A DNA stretch of 64,000 bases from Candidatus Nomurabacteria bacterium (GTDB lineage Bacteria > Patescibacteriota > Minisyncoccia > Phycocordibacterales > UBA918). The first letter of the stretch is position 1. The number at the start of each line of letters is the position of its first letter. Below the pieces are notes generated by a model, which was not told the origin of the DNA, did not search any database, and saw only the letters and a list, made by a program, of their open reading frames with translations. Below, one piece after another: positions 25,423 to 34,999 of this stretch. The position numbers and the translations under genes were made by a program. The DNA lies in the NCBI GenBank assembly GCA_020631995.1, contig JACKGJ010000001.1, forward strand, positions 161,753 through 225,752. The letters run 5' to 3'.

Positions 25423-27593
25423 TAATCCTCAATCTCCTTAGGCACAAATCCTCGAGCTTTCTTGATATCTTCAGCAATGTTTGGCGGAACGACAGCGTAG
25501 TGATCAAACTCCATTACCATATTGGCACGACCTTCAGTCATAGAGCGCAAAGTAGTGGTGTAACCAAAGAGTTCGGAAAGTGGCACCTTAGCACGGATAA
25601 CCTTCACCATATCGCGATCATCCATACCTTCTACCATACCGCGCTTTGAAGCCAAGTTTCCGTTGATATCACCCATAAACTGCTCTGGAGTAGTGATTTC
25701 AATCTTCATCACTGGCTCAAGAATCACAGCTCCAGCCCTCTTGGCACCATCTTTAAAAGCGTTGATAGCAGCAAGTTTGAAGGCAATTTCGGAAGAGTCC
25801 ACATCATGGAAACTACCGTCATATAGCTCAACTGAGACGTCCTCCATCTTGTACCCCGCCACCATACCGCGAGCCATAGCTTCTTTTACTCCCTTCATTA
25901 CTGCTGGGATAAATTCATTTGGAATAACACCTCCCTTGATACTATCGATAAACTCGAAGTGATCTTCGCGAGTAACATTCTTCTTTACCTCTTCACCTTC
26001 TGCTAGAGGCTCCATAGGTTTGATGCGAATCTTAACGTGACCATATTGACCACGACCACCAGTCTGCTTGATGTATTTGTATTCTGATTCAGCCTCACGC
26101 TGGATAGTTTCACGATAAGCTACCTGTGGCTTACCAACATTAGCTTCCACACCAAACTCCCTCTTCATACGATCAACGATGATTTCAAGGTGAAGCTCAC
26201 CCATACCAGCAATAATAGTTTCAAGGGTCTCATCGTCAGTCGAGATGCGTAGGGTTGGGTCTTCATCAGACAACTTCTTCAACGCCATACCCATCTTCTC
26301 TTGGTCGTTCTTAGTCTTAGGTTCAATACGAAGTGCCACCACTGGTTCTGGGAAGACAATCTGTTCTAGCATCAAAGGCTTACCCTCCTCACATAATGAG
26401 TGAGAAGTTTTCACATCCTTAAGCCCTACTCCAGCGGCAATTTCTCCTGCGTATACCGCTTCGATTTCAGTACGCTTGTCAGCCTGTAGCCGCACAATAC
26501 GACCTAGACGTTCCTTCTCACCAGTATTGGCGTTTAGAATATAACTACCAGACTTCACAACTCCTGAGTAAACACGGAAGAAAGTTAGTGCACCTACGAA
26601 TGGGTCAGTCTGTAGCTTGAAAGCAAGTGCACAGAAGGGTTCATCGTCACTCGCACTTCGAGTCTCCTCTTCACCGGTCTTTGGGTTAGTTCCCTTTACT
26701 GGAGGTAGGTCAGTTGGAGCTGGAAGATAATCTACCACTGCATCAAGAATCAACTGGACCCCAACGTTCTTAAGTGCAGAACCAGTCATTACTGGGAAAA
26801 TGGCGTTGTTAATCACCGCCTTACGAAGAGTTTTCTGCAGTTCTTCGTATGAAGGAATAACACCATCTAGATAAGCAGTCATCTGTTCATCGTCGTTTTC
26901 AACAATTCGCTCAACTAGCTCAGCATGGTATTTCTCTGCATCAGCCTTATATTCTTCAGGAATTTCCTGCTCAATAACATTCATTCCCATATCACCCTCG
27001 AAGGTATAAGCCTTCATTTTGAGAAGATCGATAACTCCCTTAAGTTGGTCTTCTTTGCCCCATGGCAGTTGGAAACGAACAGCCTTTGGAGATAGGCGTT
27101 TGAGGATTGAAGCGTATGAACGCTCAAAGTCAGCGCCGGTGCGGTCCATCTTGTTGATGAAACAGATACGAGGTACCCCAGCCTCATCAGCATAGCGCCA
27201 GTTGGTCTCAGACTGAGGCTCTACACCTGCTACACCATCGAACACTACGATAGCACCGTCGAGTACACGCATCGAACGCTTTACCTCAGCAGTAAAGTCG
27301 ATGTGTCCTGGAGTATCAATAATATTGAAATTGTACTTGTGTTCCTTGCTGATTCGGTCGGGATTGAGTGAAGGAGTCCACTGACAAGAAATAGCAGCAG
27401 CTGTAATAGTGATACCGCGTTCGCGCTCCTGATCCATCCAGTCGGTTACCGTCTCACCATCGTGTACCTCACCGATTTTGTGGGACATACCGGTATAGAA
27501 AAGCACACGCTCAGAAGTGGTGGTCTTACCAGCGTCTACGTGGGCAACAATACCGAAGTTACGCAATTTTTCTAATGGAAATTCTCGGGCCAT
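25422..27593 (-). CDS. fusA: Elongation factor G
   Basis: [24 protein letters not shown], 723 aa. Confidence 0.97.
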   Translation of the reverse strand: MAREFPLEKLRNFGIVAHVDAGKTTTSERVLFYTGMSHKIGEVHDGETVTDWMDQERERGITITAAAISCQWTPSLNPDRISKEHKYNFNIIDTPGHIDFTAEVKRSMRVLDGAIVVFDGVAGVEPQSETNWRYADEAGVPRICFINKMDRTGADFERSYASILKRLSPKAVRFQLPWGKEDQLKGVIDLLKMKAYTFEGDMGMNVIEQEIPEEYKADAEKYHAELVERIVENDDEQMTAYLDGVIPSYEELQKTLRKAVINNAIFPVMTGSALKNVGVQLILDAVVDYLPAPTDLPPVKGTNPKTGEEETRSASDDEPFCALAFKLQTDPFVGALTFFRVYSGVVKSGSYILNANTGEKERLGRIVRLQADKRTEIEAVYAGEIAAGVGLKDVKTSHSLCEEGKPLMLEQIVFPEPVVALRIEPKTKNDQEKMGMALKKLSDEDPTLRISTDDETLETIIAGMGELHLEIIVDRMKREFGVEANVGKPQVAYRETIQREAESEYKYIKQTGGRGQYGHVKIRIKPMEPLAEGEEVKKNVTREDHFEFIDSIKGGVIPNEFIPAVMKGVKEAMARGMVAGYKMEDVSVELYDGSFHDVDSSEIAFKLAAINAFKDGAKRAGAVILEPVMKIEITTPEQFMGDINGNLASKRGMVEGMDDRDMVKVIRAKVPLSELFGYTTTLRSMTEGRANMVMEFDHYAVVPPNIAEDIKKARGFVPKEIED

Positions 27594-27625
27594 AAATAAT
27601 TTGCTTCTGGGGATTAGGTTTTAGT

Positions 27626-27694
27626 AAAAACGTCTGTCCGTCCATCCCTCGGGCTGACGCCCGGGGCATTGGCGGACAGAACCGGGCGTTTTTT
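27626..27694 (-). promoter_or_regulatory. Terminator-like attenuator hairpin in the fusA 5' leader
   Basis: On the - strand, a nested hairpin (CTGTCCG../..CGGACAG enclosing CCCCGGGC GUCA GCCCGAGGG) is followed by ACGTTTTT about 30 nt upstream of the fusA ATG. Confidence 0.45.
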
Positions 27695-27939
27695 CTAGAA
27701 TAGGAACATCCTCCGGATGTACAGCGGAAGCGGAGTACTGGCTGTCGCCAGTTCCGCTACCGTCGGCGATTCATCCCAGAGCTGACGCTCGGGACATTCT
27801 CGCCGTACGCTAGTAAACTTTCAATAACAAAAGCGCGCGAGCGCTACGAAAGTGTCGGTACTATACGGTATTTGTACAAATTCAGCAACCAAGGATGTCA
27901 CAAAACCTTATAGAAACTTTGTAGTATCATATAGGCATT

Positions 27940-28524
27940 ATGATAATCGGAATTGCTGGACCAACAGCCAGTGGTAAAACCACTATAGCGAGAATGCTTG
28001 AAGAAGAGTATGGAGCAGTGCGTCTGCGTTATTCGAGTATTCTCTCTGAAATGGCCGTTGAACGTGGCCTCGACCCTGATGATAAAGCTACCCTCCAAGG
28101 ACTTTTTCTGAATGAGCGCGAAACACGTGGCGAAGACTTCCTAACCAAGGAAATGGAGGAGCGCGTAGAGAGACTCGATAAAGACTTCATAGTGATTGAA
28201 GGTAATCGCCGACTGGTAGACATTGATACTCTACGCCGTATTGCTACGACTCGTAGTGACTCACTCAACCTCCTTTTTATCGACGCATCTCGTGAAACTC
28301 GTTTTGACCGATACAATGAACGCTTGGTTTCCCAAGGAGAAGAACCGATTTCATTTGAGGAGTTCACTGCACTTGAAGCCAATGATGCTGAAGACGAAAT
28401 CGACGACCTAAAGACAATCTTCGAGAAAGAGGGTCTGATTATTAACACTGACGATCAGAATGCGGAAGCTGTGTTTAAGGAAATCAAAATCCTCCTCACC
28501 AAAACAGAAAAACTGACTCCCTAG
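27940..28524 (+). CDS. P-loop nucleoside/nucleotide kinase-like protein (CoaE/uridine-kinase-like fold)
   Basis: MIIGIAGPTASGKTTIARML Walker A at the extreme N-terminus; family assignment tentative. Confidence 0.55.
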   Translation: MIIGIAGPTASGKTTIARMLEEEYGAVRLRYSSILSEMAVERGLDPDDKATLQGLFLNERETRGEDFLTKEMEERVERLDKDFIVIEGNRRLVDIDTLRRIATTRSDSLNLLFIDASRETRFDRYNERLVSQGEEPISFEEFTALEANDAEDEIDDLKTIFEKEGLIINTDDQNAEAVFKEIKILLTKTEKLTP

Positions 28525-28582
28525 TGGTAACTGAGATTTTCTAGTGCCAGAAACAAGACAAGGTGAAATAAGTTAAGGCCAA

Positions 28583-28707
28583 GAAAACTGCAAAATTTAG
28601 ATGAATCACGAGGCGAACAAGAAAAAAGACCCGAGGTGAACTTGATTGTTCATCGAGGGTCTTTTTTCGCAGTTCAACAAAGTGAGTCGCTAAATTCTGC
28701 AGTTTTC
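28583..28707 (+). repeat. Structured intergenic hairpin element R6 (subfamily III) whose centre doubles as a terminator, 3' of rpsG
   Basis: An 18-bp outer stem (28583-28600 / 28690-28707, one mismatch) abuts the rpsG stop. The centre is AAAAAAGACCCGAGGTGAAC ttgatt GTTCATCGAGGGTCTTTTTT. Confidence 0.75.
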
Positions 28708-29177
28708 TACCAAGCGAAGTGTGCGAACGCTCGGTTAGCCTCCGCCATCTTATGTACATCATCCTTCTTCTTCACGGCAGCACCTTCGTTCTTAGCGGCC
28801 AAGAGAATCTCAGCTGCGAGTGCCTTGAACATTGGTACGCCCTTGGCGCCACGAGCAGAACCAATCATCCAACGTAGAGCTAGAGAGGTACGACGTTCAG
28901 GACGTACTTCTCGAGGAACTTGGTAGTTTGCACCACCAACACGACGAGAACGTACTTCCATCAGTGGACCAGCGTTTTGAAGTGCAGTCTTGTATACCTC
29001 AACTGGGTCACCTCCCTCCTTGTCATTCTTAATGAGCTCAAAAGCAGCGTAAACCACCTTGCGAGCAGTTTCCTTCTGCCCACGTAGCATCACGTAGTTT
29101 ATAAGTTTTTCCACCATCTCATCGCCAAACTTAACGTCAGGCTGGAGAGTTGGTCTTTTTTTAATTGGTCTTCGCAT
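28707..29177 (-). CDS. rpsG: 30S ribosomal protein S7
   Basis: MRRPIKKRPTLQPDVKFGD.. Confidence 0.95.
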   Translation of the reverse strand: MRRPIKKRPTLQPDVKFGDEMVEKLINYVMLRGQKETARKVVYAAFELIKNDKEGGDPVEVYKTALQNAGPLMEVRSRRVGGANYQVPREVRPERRTSLALRWMIGSARGAKGVPMFKALAAEILLAAKNEGAAVKKKDDVHKMAEANRAFAHFAW

Positions 29178-29238
29178 AATGTTCTTTCGTTATCTAAAGC
29201 GAGATACTTAATAATTTTAAAAGGCGGAAACTGTCTAC

Positions 29239-29339
29239 AGTTGTCACCTTTAGAGGAGAATTCACGAGTGAGACGTAGTCAACCTACGACGACTAGTGGA
29301 TTCTCCAAAAAGGAGGCAAATTGTGCTTTTCTCACAACT
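29239..29339 (+). repeat. Structured hairpin element R7a in the rpsL-rpsG spacer
   Basis: GGAGAATTCAC (29255) / GTGGATTCTCC (29296) form an 11-bp stem around GAGTGAGACGTAG tcaac CTACGACGACTAG. Outer pair is AGTTGT/ACAACT. Confidence 0.65.
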
Positions 29340-29352
29340 TTCAAGAAGTAAG

Positions 29353-29457
29353 AAATTGGATGGAGAGCGAGACGTGCGAGGAAAATAATACGAGGTGAAC
29401 TTCAATTGTTCAGTGAGTATTATTTTACCGAAGCACAACGACGCCATCCGCCAATTT
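29353..29457 (+). repeat. Structured hairpin element R7b (subfamily III), abutting the rpsL stop
   Basis: AAATTGG/CCAATTT outer stem and GGATGG/CCATCC pair. Core 29378-29429 is GAGGAAAATAATACGAGGTGAAC..GTTCAGTGAG..ATTATTTTACC. Confidence 0.75.
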
Positions 29458-29458
29458 A

Positions 29459-29869
29459 TTATTTCTTGGGTGCTTTGGTTCCGTAACGTGAGCGCGACTG
29501 CATACGCTTGTCTACTCCGGTCGCATCGTACTTACCACGTACCACGGTGTAGTTAACACCAATGTCTTTCACACGACCACCACGGACCAATACTACGGAG
29601 TGCTCCTGGAGAGTGTGCCCGATACCTGGGATGTAGGCAGTGATTTCTTGTCCGTTGGTAAGACGTACACGAGCAATCTTACGAATAGCAGAGTTTGGCT
29701 TACGAGGAGTCTTAGTAGTGACACGAGTACAAACTCCACGCTTAAACGGTGAGTTGTATTCGTTAGGACGATTCTTGATCTTATCGAAACCAGACGACAA
29801 AGCAGCCACTTTGGTTTTGTGAGCTGGGTCGCGACGTCGCTTCTTAATTAGTTGTTTTATTGTTGCCAT
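29459..29869 (-). CDS. rpsL: 30S ribosomal protein S12
   Basis: [29 protein letters not shown]. Confidence 0.97.
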   Translation of the reverse strand: MATIKQLIKKRRRDPAHKTKVAALSSGFDKIKNRPNEYNSPFKRGVCTRVTTKTPRKPNSAIRKIARVRLTNGQEITAYIPGIGHTLQEHSVVLVRGGRVKDIGVNYTVVRGKYDATGVDKRMQSRSRYGTKAPKK

Positions 29870-30115
29870 ATGCAATTAGCTCGCACACTCTACTATATGT
29901 AAATAATTTTGCAAGAAAAAACCGCCGCGATGCGACGGGTGCCAAGGGGCAAGGATTCTTATCTGCCGAGACGTGTGGTTTTCGGCCACCAGACAGTTTA
30001 TCCTTGCCCCTCAACTTTTTGACCATTGAGGGACCAGCCGGTGAAGAGAAGTCGTGCAGTAACTTCTCGCTTTTGTCTCGGTTATCTCGATTTCTTGTTT
30101 AAGTATAACAGTTTC

Positions 30116-30760
30116 TTAGAAGAAGGAAATTCCAGTAATAAGTATGAATGCAGAAGACACCAACTTAGCAAACGGTGCCCAGAAAAGATTAATAAAGATG
30201 AATATAAAGATGAAGGTGCCGATAAGGCCCCACCTTTCAAAACTATGCACGAAACTTCGATATTTCATCATAAGACTAAGTGGCAGAAACGGCTGGATTA
30301 TCTTAGAGCCATCCAATGGTGGAATCGGAATCATATTAAAGAAAGCCAGCAAGATGTTTATGTATACAACATATGAGGAGAGCTCGATGAAAGCACTATT
30401 GAGAGACAACACCTCACTGAAGCGAATCATCATTCCAAATAAGAGTGCAATTGCAATATTGACGGCCGGACCGGCAAAAGCCACCTTGGCCTCTCCCCAC
30501 TTTTGGTCCCTCAGATTATAAGGATTGTATGGAACCGGCTTAGCCCAACCAAATAAAATACCGGCATTAGAGAAGAAAAGTAGTGCCGGAACAATAACTG
30601 AACCAAGTAGATCGATATGTACCAGTGGGTTAGGTGAAAGGCGACCCTGAAGCCTGGCTGTCGGATCTCCAAGCCAATCGGCCATATAGCCGTGGGCCAT
30701 TTCGTGGAGAATGATTGAGATAATTAAAGCGACGATAATTACGATTGCAGTAAATTCCAT
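30116..30760 (-). CDS. Site-2 protease family (M50-like) membrane zinc metalloprotease
   Basis: HEMAHG zinc motif in a TM helix, polytopic; ATG at 30760 (MEFTAIV..) chosen. Confidence 0.75.
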   Translation of the reverse strand: MEFTAIVIIVALIISIILHEMAHGYMADWLGDPTARLQGRLSPNPLVHIDLLGSVIVPALLFFSNAGILFGWAKPVPYNPYNLRDQKWGEAKVAFAGPAVNIAIALLFGMMIRFSEVLSLNSAFIELSSYVVYINILLAFFNMIPIPPLDGSKIIQPFLPLSLMMKYRSFVHSFERWGLIGTFIFIFIFINLFWAPFAKLVSSAFILITGISFF

Positions 30761-30868
30761 ATGGTCATATGTTAACTCATAAATGAGGCTCCACAAAGCC
30801 GAAGTCCAGAGAGAGTACCTGTCCAACGATTGCAAAATCAATACCCTGTGGTAATATGGCGCCCACGT

Positions 30869-31111
30869 ATGGCAAAAGTATGTCAAATCACTGGTAAGTC
30901 CACCCAAGTTGGTGGCCGCTACTCAAACCGCACTCGTGCGACGCAGTTTAACCCTTGCGGCAAAGTTCGTCGTGCTCCAAACATTCAGAAGAAGCGTATC
31001 TTCGTTCCTGAAATTGATAGCTTCGTAACTATCAACGTTTCTACCAAAGGACTCCGAACTATGAATAAGAATGGTGCATATAAGACTCTCAAGGAAGCAA
31101 AACTTATCTAA
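30869..31111 (+). CDS. rpmB: 50S ribosomal protein L28
   Basis: MAKVCQITGKSTQVGGRYSNRTRATQ. Confidence 0.9.
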   Translation: MAKVCQITGKSTQVGGRYSNRTRATQFNPCGKVRRAPNIQKKRIFVPEIDSFVTINVSTKGLRTMNKNGAYKTLKEAKLI

Positions 31112-31233
31112 ATCCCTGAAATCGGCGCATTTGTACTTGCTTCAATCGAAGCTCTCCCGCGCCGTATAATCAAATACGTCTTGGTCAAGATTCTCCTTCC
31201 AGCAAGCACAACTGCATCCAATTACAGAAATTT
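31110..31233 (-). repeat. Structured intergenic hairpin element R8 (subfamily I, inverted), 3' of rpmB
   Basis: The + strand shows GGCGCATTT (31124) ... AACTGCATCC (31210), the reverse complement of the R5 ends. The outer stem 31110-31118 / 31225-31233 overlaps the rpmB stop. Confidence 0.8.
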
Positions 31234-31254
31234 AAAGTTTAGTTAAACAATCTA

Positions 31255-31290
31255 AGAAAAGCCCGGAAGCAAATGCTTCCGGACTTTTCT
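31255..31290. terminator. Bidirectional terminator (rpmB / ComEC-MBL gene)
   Basis: AGAAAAGCCCGGAAGC aaat GCTTCCGGACTTTTCT. Confidence 0.75.
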
Positions 31291-32168
31291 TATTTAAGTG
31301 TGACGTTCTCTCCATCCGACCAAAAGACAACCTTCCCATTTTCTGCTGTTCTTAAGGTTGTCACTCCAAAGTTAAAAAGTGCGTCAGTTACTTCTATATG
31401 TGGATGACCATATGAATTATCAGCTCCGGCTGATATGACAGCGTACTCAGGGTCCACCTCCACCAAGAAAAGCTCTGAGGTCGACGTATGTGAACCATGA
31501 TGCCCTGCTTTCAAAACATCGCTCTCTAATTTTTCTCCTTCAACCAAAACTAAATATTCTTCAATCGACTTTGGTGAGTCTCCAGTCAACATAAAGGCCG
31601 TATCACCATAGACCAATCGAGCAACAATAGAGGACGTGTTACTTTCGAGCTCACTGGCATCAATGTCTGGGAACAGAATCTCTAGATATACGTTGTGACC
31701 TAGGTCATATCGCTGTCCACGTCGCGCAAAGTGCACCTCTCCTCCCTCCTCTTCTATCTTACGTACAACTAATTTCCACACTCCAGTTTCACTTTCGTTT
31801 TCAGTACGTATGACGTTACTTACATCGAAACGGTCAAGTACCACAGCTAAACCTCCTATATGATCTGCGTCTGGATGAGTCACTAACACATAATCAATGT
31901 CCCTGTCGGAAAAACTCATTACCTTACTCAGTTGGCGCAGAACACTACTATCTCGTCCGGAATCAATTAGCATTTGCTTGCCACCTGGTGACTGGATGAA
32001 GATGGCGTCGCCTTGCCCTACGTCGAGAAATACTACACAAAGTACATTTGAGTCACATACAGGTGGCCCTATGGGCTTTAAAGAGATCTCAGGCCACCAA
32101 GCGAGCACGAGAGCTGTTACCATCACCGCAAGCACCATCAGTCTATTCTTAATTACTCTTTCATCCAT
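31290..32168 (-). CDS. ComEC/Rec2 C-terminal-type MBL-fold hydrolase domain protein (stand-alone)
   Basis: VFLDVGQGDAIFIQSPGG..VLVTHPDADHIGG..GHHGS with an N-terminal membrane anchor. Confidence 0.75.
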   Translation of the reverse strand: MDERVIKNRLMVLAVMVTALVLAWWPEISLKPIGPPVCDSNVLCVVFLDVGQGDAIFIQSPGGKQMLIDSGRDSSVLRQLSKVMSFSDRDIDYVLVTHPDADHIGGLAVVLDRFDVSNVIRTENESETGVWKLVVRKIEEEGGEVHFARRGQRYDLGHNVYLEILFPDIDASELESNTSSIVARLVYGDTAFMLTGDSPKSIEEYLVLVEGEKLESDVLKAGHHGSHTSTSELFLVEVDPEYAVISAGADNSYGHPHIEVTDALFNFGVTTLRTAENGKVVFWSDGENVTLK

Positions 32169-32182
32169 GATTTGTTATTATA

Positions 32183-32749
32183 ATGCCTATGACTTACGAA
32201 CCTAAAAAATTTAATATCCCTGAGCTCACTGGTATTTCGAAGCAATCAATTGATGAGCACATTAAACTCTACGAGGGCTATGTGAAACACGTAAACCATA
32301 TCCGCGGAGAAATGGATAACGTTAAAGATGATTATGCTCGCTCTGAGATGACTAGGCGACTAGGGTTTGAATTTGGTGGAATGCGTAACCACGAATACTA
32401 CTTCGAGCAGTTTGAAATTGGGCCAAGCTCTCTTCCCGACGGAAAACTTAAGTCTTTGATTGAGGCACAGTGGGGCTCTCTAGAGAAGTTTATCGAACAC
32501 TTTAAAAAGCTTGCTAGTACCCGCGGGGTTGGTTGGACAATGCTGTATATCGACCGCCAAAATGGTGGACTCATTACTGCCTGGGTGGATGAACAGCACT
32601 TTGGCCAACTAGCAGACCTTGATATCGTACTAGGACTCGATATGTGGGAGCACTCATATATGCTCGACTACCCACCAAGTGAAAAACTTAAATATGTTGA
32701 TGCATTCTTCCAAAATCTAAACTGGGAAACAGTTGCTAAAAGAGTCTAA
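32183..32749 (+). CDS. Fe/Mn-family superoxide dismutase-like protein
   Basis: The DMWEHSYMLDY motif matches the DxWEHAYY signature; an N-terminal His-containing helix (DEHIKLYEGYVKHVNH) is present. Confidence 0.75.
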   Translation: MPMTYEPKKFNIPELTGISKQSIDEHIKLYEGYVKHVNHIRGEMDNVKDDYARSEMTRRLGFEFGGMRNHEYYFEQFEIGPSSLPDGKLKSLIEAQWGSLEKFIEHFKKLASTRGVGWTMLYIDRQNGGLITAWVDEQHFGQLADLDIVLGLDMWEHSYMLDYPPSEKLKYVDAFFQNLNWETVAKRV

Positions 32750-34257
32750 ATCTCTTTTATAGTCCAACCCTTTAACTCATCAACTTCCCGCACACTCCAC
32801 CACAAGACGAGTGCTATTAGTGCGTAACCCAGTGGCACAAACCAAAACGAAAAGGCTGGAACTGTAAATGATGCAAATGGCAACTCGCCGAACCACTCGG
32901 CTATTACTATTATGTACGTGAGGGACAGATGTGTAACAAAGGCTAATGGTGTCGCTAGAGACAACGAAACGAAGGCCACCATACCAGTCAAAAATGTTAG
33001 CAACATTGAAACAGCCACCATCGGCAAAACCAAAACATTTACAATAACTGCCACCACTGAAAATTCGCCTATTTGATAAAGGAGAAGAGGTAATACAAAA
33101 AGCTGTGTGGCTAATGTAGCTACCAAGAATTCACGTGCCCCTAAAGGCGACGGCATTGTCCGAAGTCGTTCCTGTAAGTCTGGGGCTACTAATATGAGTC
33201 CGAGTGTGGCAATAAAGGAAAGCTGGAAGCCCACGTCAAAGGCCAGCGAGTACGGATTCCAAATAAGCATAATAAATCCAGCTAACATTAGTCCTCGTAG
33301 TACGAGATAGATACGTCCTGTTAACCCCACAATGAGAAGGAGTGAGGCCATCAAACAAGCGCGCACAACCGTTGCACTCAAACCAACCATAAGTGCGAAT
33401 ATGACTATGCCTACCAATCCAAAACCAACACTAAAACGTCTGCCAAATACCTGCCCTAATACATAAAGGATGAAGGTCACTACAATCATCACATTGTATC
33501 CAGAGAGAACAACTATATGAATGATGCCTGTCTTCCTAAAAGTAGTTTCTAGATCTTCTCCTAGGGCACGCTTCACTCCGAGAAGTAACCCTTCGCTTAG
33601 TCCTACCTGAGGCTCAGGCATCAGCAGTTCGAGCTTCTGCATAAAGGTATGCTTAAGGTCAAGAATTTTACTGATAAAGTCATACGCACCGCCTTCAGAT
33701 AGTCTCTCCACTTCTGCTCTGCGAATCGTATAACCCACACCTTTCGCTAAGAGGTACCCGGGATAGTTAAACGTACGACCCAAGTCAGTTTCGAACGCTT
33801 CAGGTTTTTCTAGCACTCCCTCCACTAATACTCTGTCTCCGTAATTCCATTCTTCGCCAGGATAAGCAAGTGCTAAAATAAGTCCATAATCAGTTTTTAT
33901 ATAAAGATGAATGGAGTTAGCACGAGCCTCCGGCTCGCGCCATATCACTCCCTCAAGCACCACTTCACTCCCAAGCATTTCTTCCAACTTTGACTCTGTG
34001 CTATTTAAAATAGCAAAATCCATTCGAAGCGCCCCGAGTGCGAAAGACATTATTGTTAAGGAGATAAGAAGTAGGCCAGGCAGAGGACGAGAACCTTGGA
34101 CTCTCGCTCCCTGCCCAACCAAACCAACCACTACCGCCAGCAATACTAGAAGTGCAATCTCAGACAAAGAAAACCGCGCGAATGAACGCGCGAAAATTCC
34201 AAGGGCAAAAGCAATGATTGCGGAATAAAATAAAATTCCACCATCATTTAGCCTCAT
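32746..34257 (-). CDS. comEC: ComEC/Rec2 competence channel protein (membrane part, no MBL domain)
   Basis: 503-aa polytopic protein with an N-terminal OB-like region then many TM helices (GIIHIVVLSGYNV competence-domain motif). Confidence 0.75.
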   Translation of the reverse strand: MRLNDGGILFYSAIIAFALGIFARSFARFSLSEIALLVLLAVVVGLVGQGARVQGSRPLPGLLLISLTIMSFALGALRMDFAILNSTESKLEEMLGSEVVLEGVIWREPEARANSIHLYIKTDYGLILALAYPGEEWNYGDRVLVEGVLEKPEAFETDLGRTFNYPGYLLAKGVGYTIRRAEVERLSEGGAYDFISKILDLKHTFMQKLELLMPEPQVGLSEGLLLGVKRALGEDLETTFRKTGIIHIVVLSGYNVMIVVTFILYVLGQVFGRRFSVGFGLVGIVIFALMVGLSATVVRACLMASLLLIVGLTGRIYLVLRGLMLAGFIMLIWNPYSLAFDVGFQLSFIATLGLILVAPDLQERLRTMPSPLGAREFLVATLATQLFVLPLLLYQIGEFSVVAVIVNVLVLPMVAVSMLLTFLTGMVAFVSLSLATPLAFVTHLSLTYIIVIAEWFGELPFASFTVPAFSFWFVPLGYALIALVLWWSVREVDELKGWTIKEI

Positions 34258-34260
34258 ACT

Positions 34261-34683
34261 CTACTTTTTGGCTTTCTCGTCCAAAGCTTCATTCACCAAG
34301 CGGTCTGCCTCTTTGTTTTCTTCCCGCCTTACGTGGGAAAGTGAGAGTTTGGAAAAATGCGCTCGTAGGTCCTGTATCTCTAAAAAGATACTTCTAAGAC
34401 CTGGATTTTTAACCTTATACTCTCCAGCCAACTGCTTAACTACTAGTTCACTATCAAGCTTCCAATCAATTTCTAAATCTGTAGTCTCTTTACCGAAACG
34501 AGCTTTAAGGACCTGAAGTCCCCGCAAAACAGCAGTGTATTCCGCTATGTTATTAGTGCTTTCTCCAATATATTCTGCAACTTCTTCAAGAATTTCGTTC
34601 TTTTCAGTCTCAATAACGACACCAATGGCCGCTGGTCCAGGGTTGCCTCTGGCTCCCCCGTCGGAATGTACAATCAGTTTCAT
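34261..34683 (-). CDS. rnhA: Ribonuclease HI
   Basis: HSDGGARGNPGPAAIG..NNIAEYTAV..DSELVVKQ..NKEADRL catalytic DEDD pattern. Confidence 0.85.
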   Translation of the reverse strand: MKLIVHSDGGARGNPGPAAIGVVIETEKNEILEEVAEYIGESTNNIAEYTAVLRGLQVLKARFGKETTDLEIDWKLDSELVVKQLAGEYKVKNPGLRSIFLEIQDLRAHFSKLSLSHVRREENKEADRLVNEALDEKAKK

Positions 34684-34690
34684 AATTTAC

Positions 34691-34987
34691 TTATGATAAC
34701 ACTTTGAGGGCGTCTTCTCGAAACGCTTCAGTCTCCTCTTCCAAAATCACTTTAAACATCGGAAACGCATCTGAAAGAATTAAATGCAAATCATCTTTGT
34801 CTGCATAGGCCTCGAGCATATGAGCAAAGTGTTCACCTGTTGATTCATCACTTTCTGTAATAAATCTCAACACTGAACTTTCTAAAATCAAACCACCAAG
34901 ATCCGCCAAAAATACCATCTTCTCGTCTTCAGACATTTCCGAGAAGTGAAACAGGTCCGCTATGTTTTTTTGGATTTCTGTTGTCAT
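34691..34987 (-). CDS. Small acidic hypothetical protein
   Basis: 98-aa ORF, tightly spaced within the operon, no recognisable motif. Confidence 0.45.
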   Translation of the reverse strand: MTTEIQKNIADLFHFSEMSEDEKMVFLADLGGLILESSVLRFITESDESTGEHFAHMLEAYADKDDLHLILSDAFPMFKVILEEETEAFREDALKVLS

Positions 34988-34999
34988 AGATATTTTTTA

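Noticed and set aside
28029-28448. 139-aa minus-strand ORF inside the kinase-like gene
   Set aside because: It has Ser/Arg-rich shadow-frame composition, while the + strand frame has a Walker A motif at its N-terminus.
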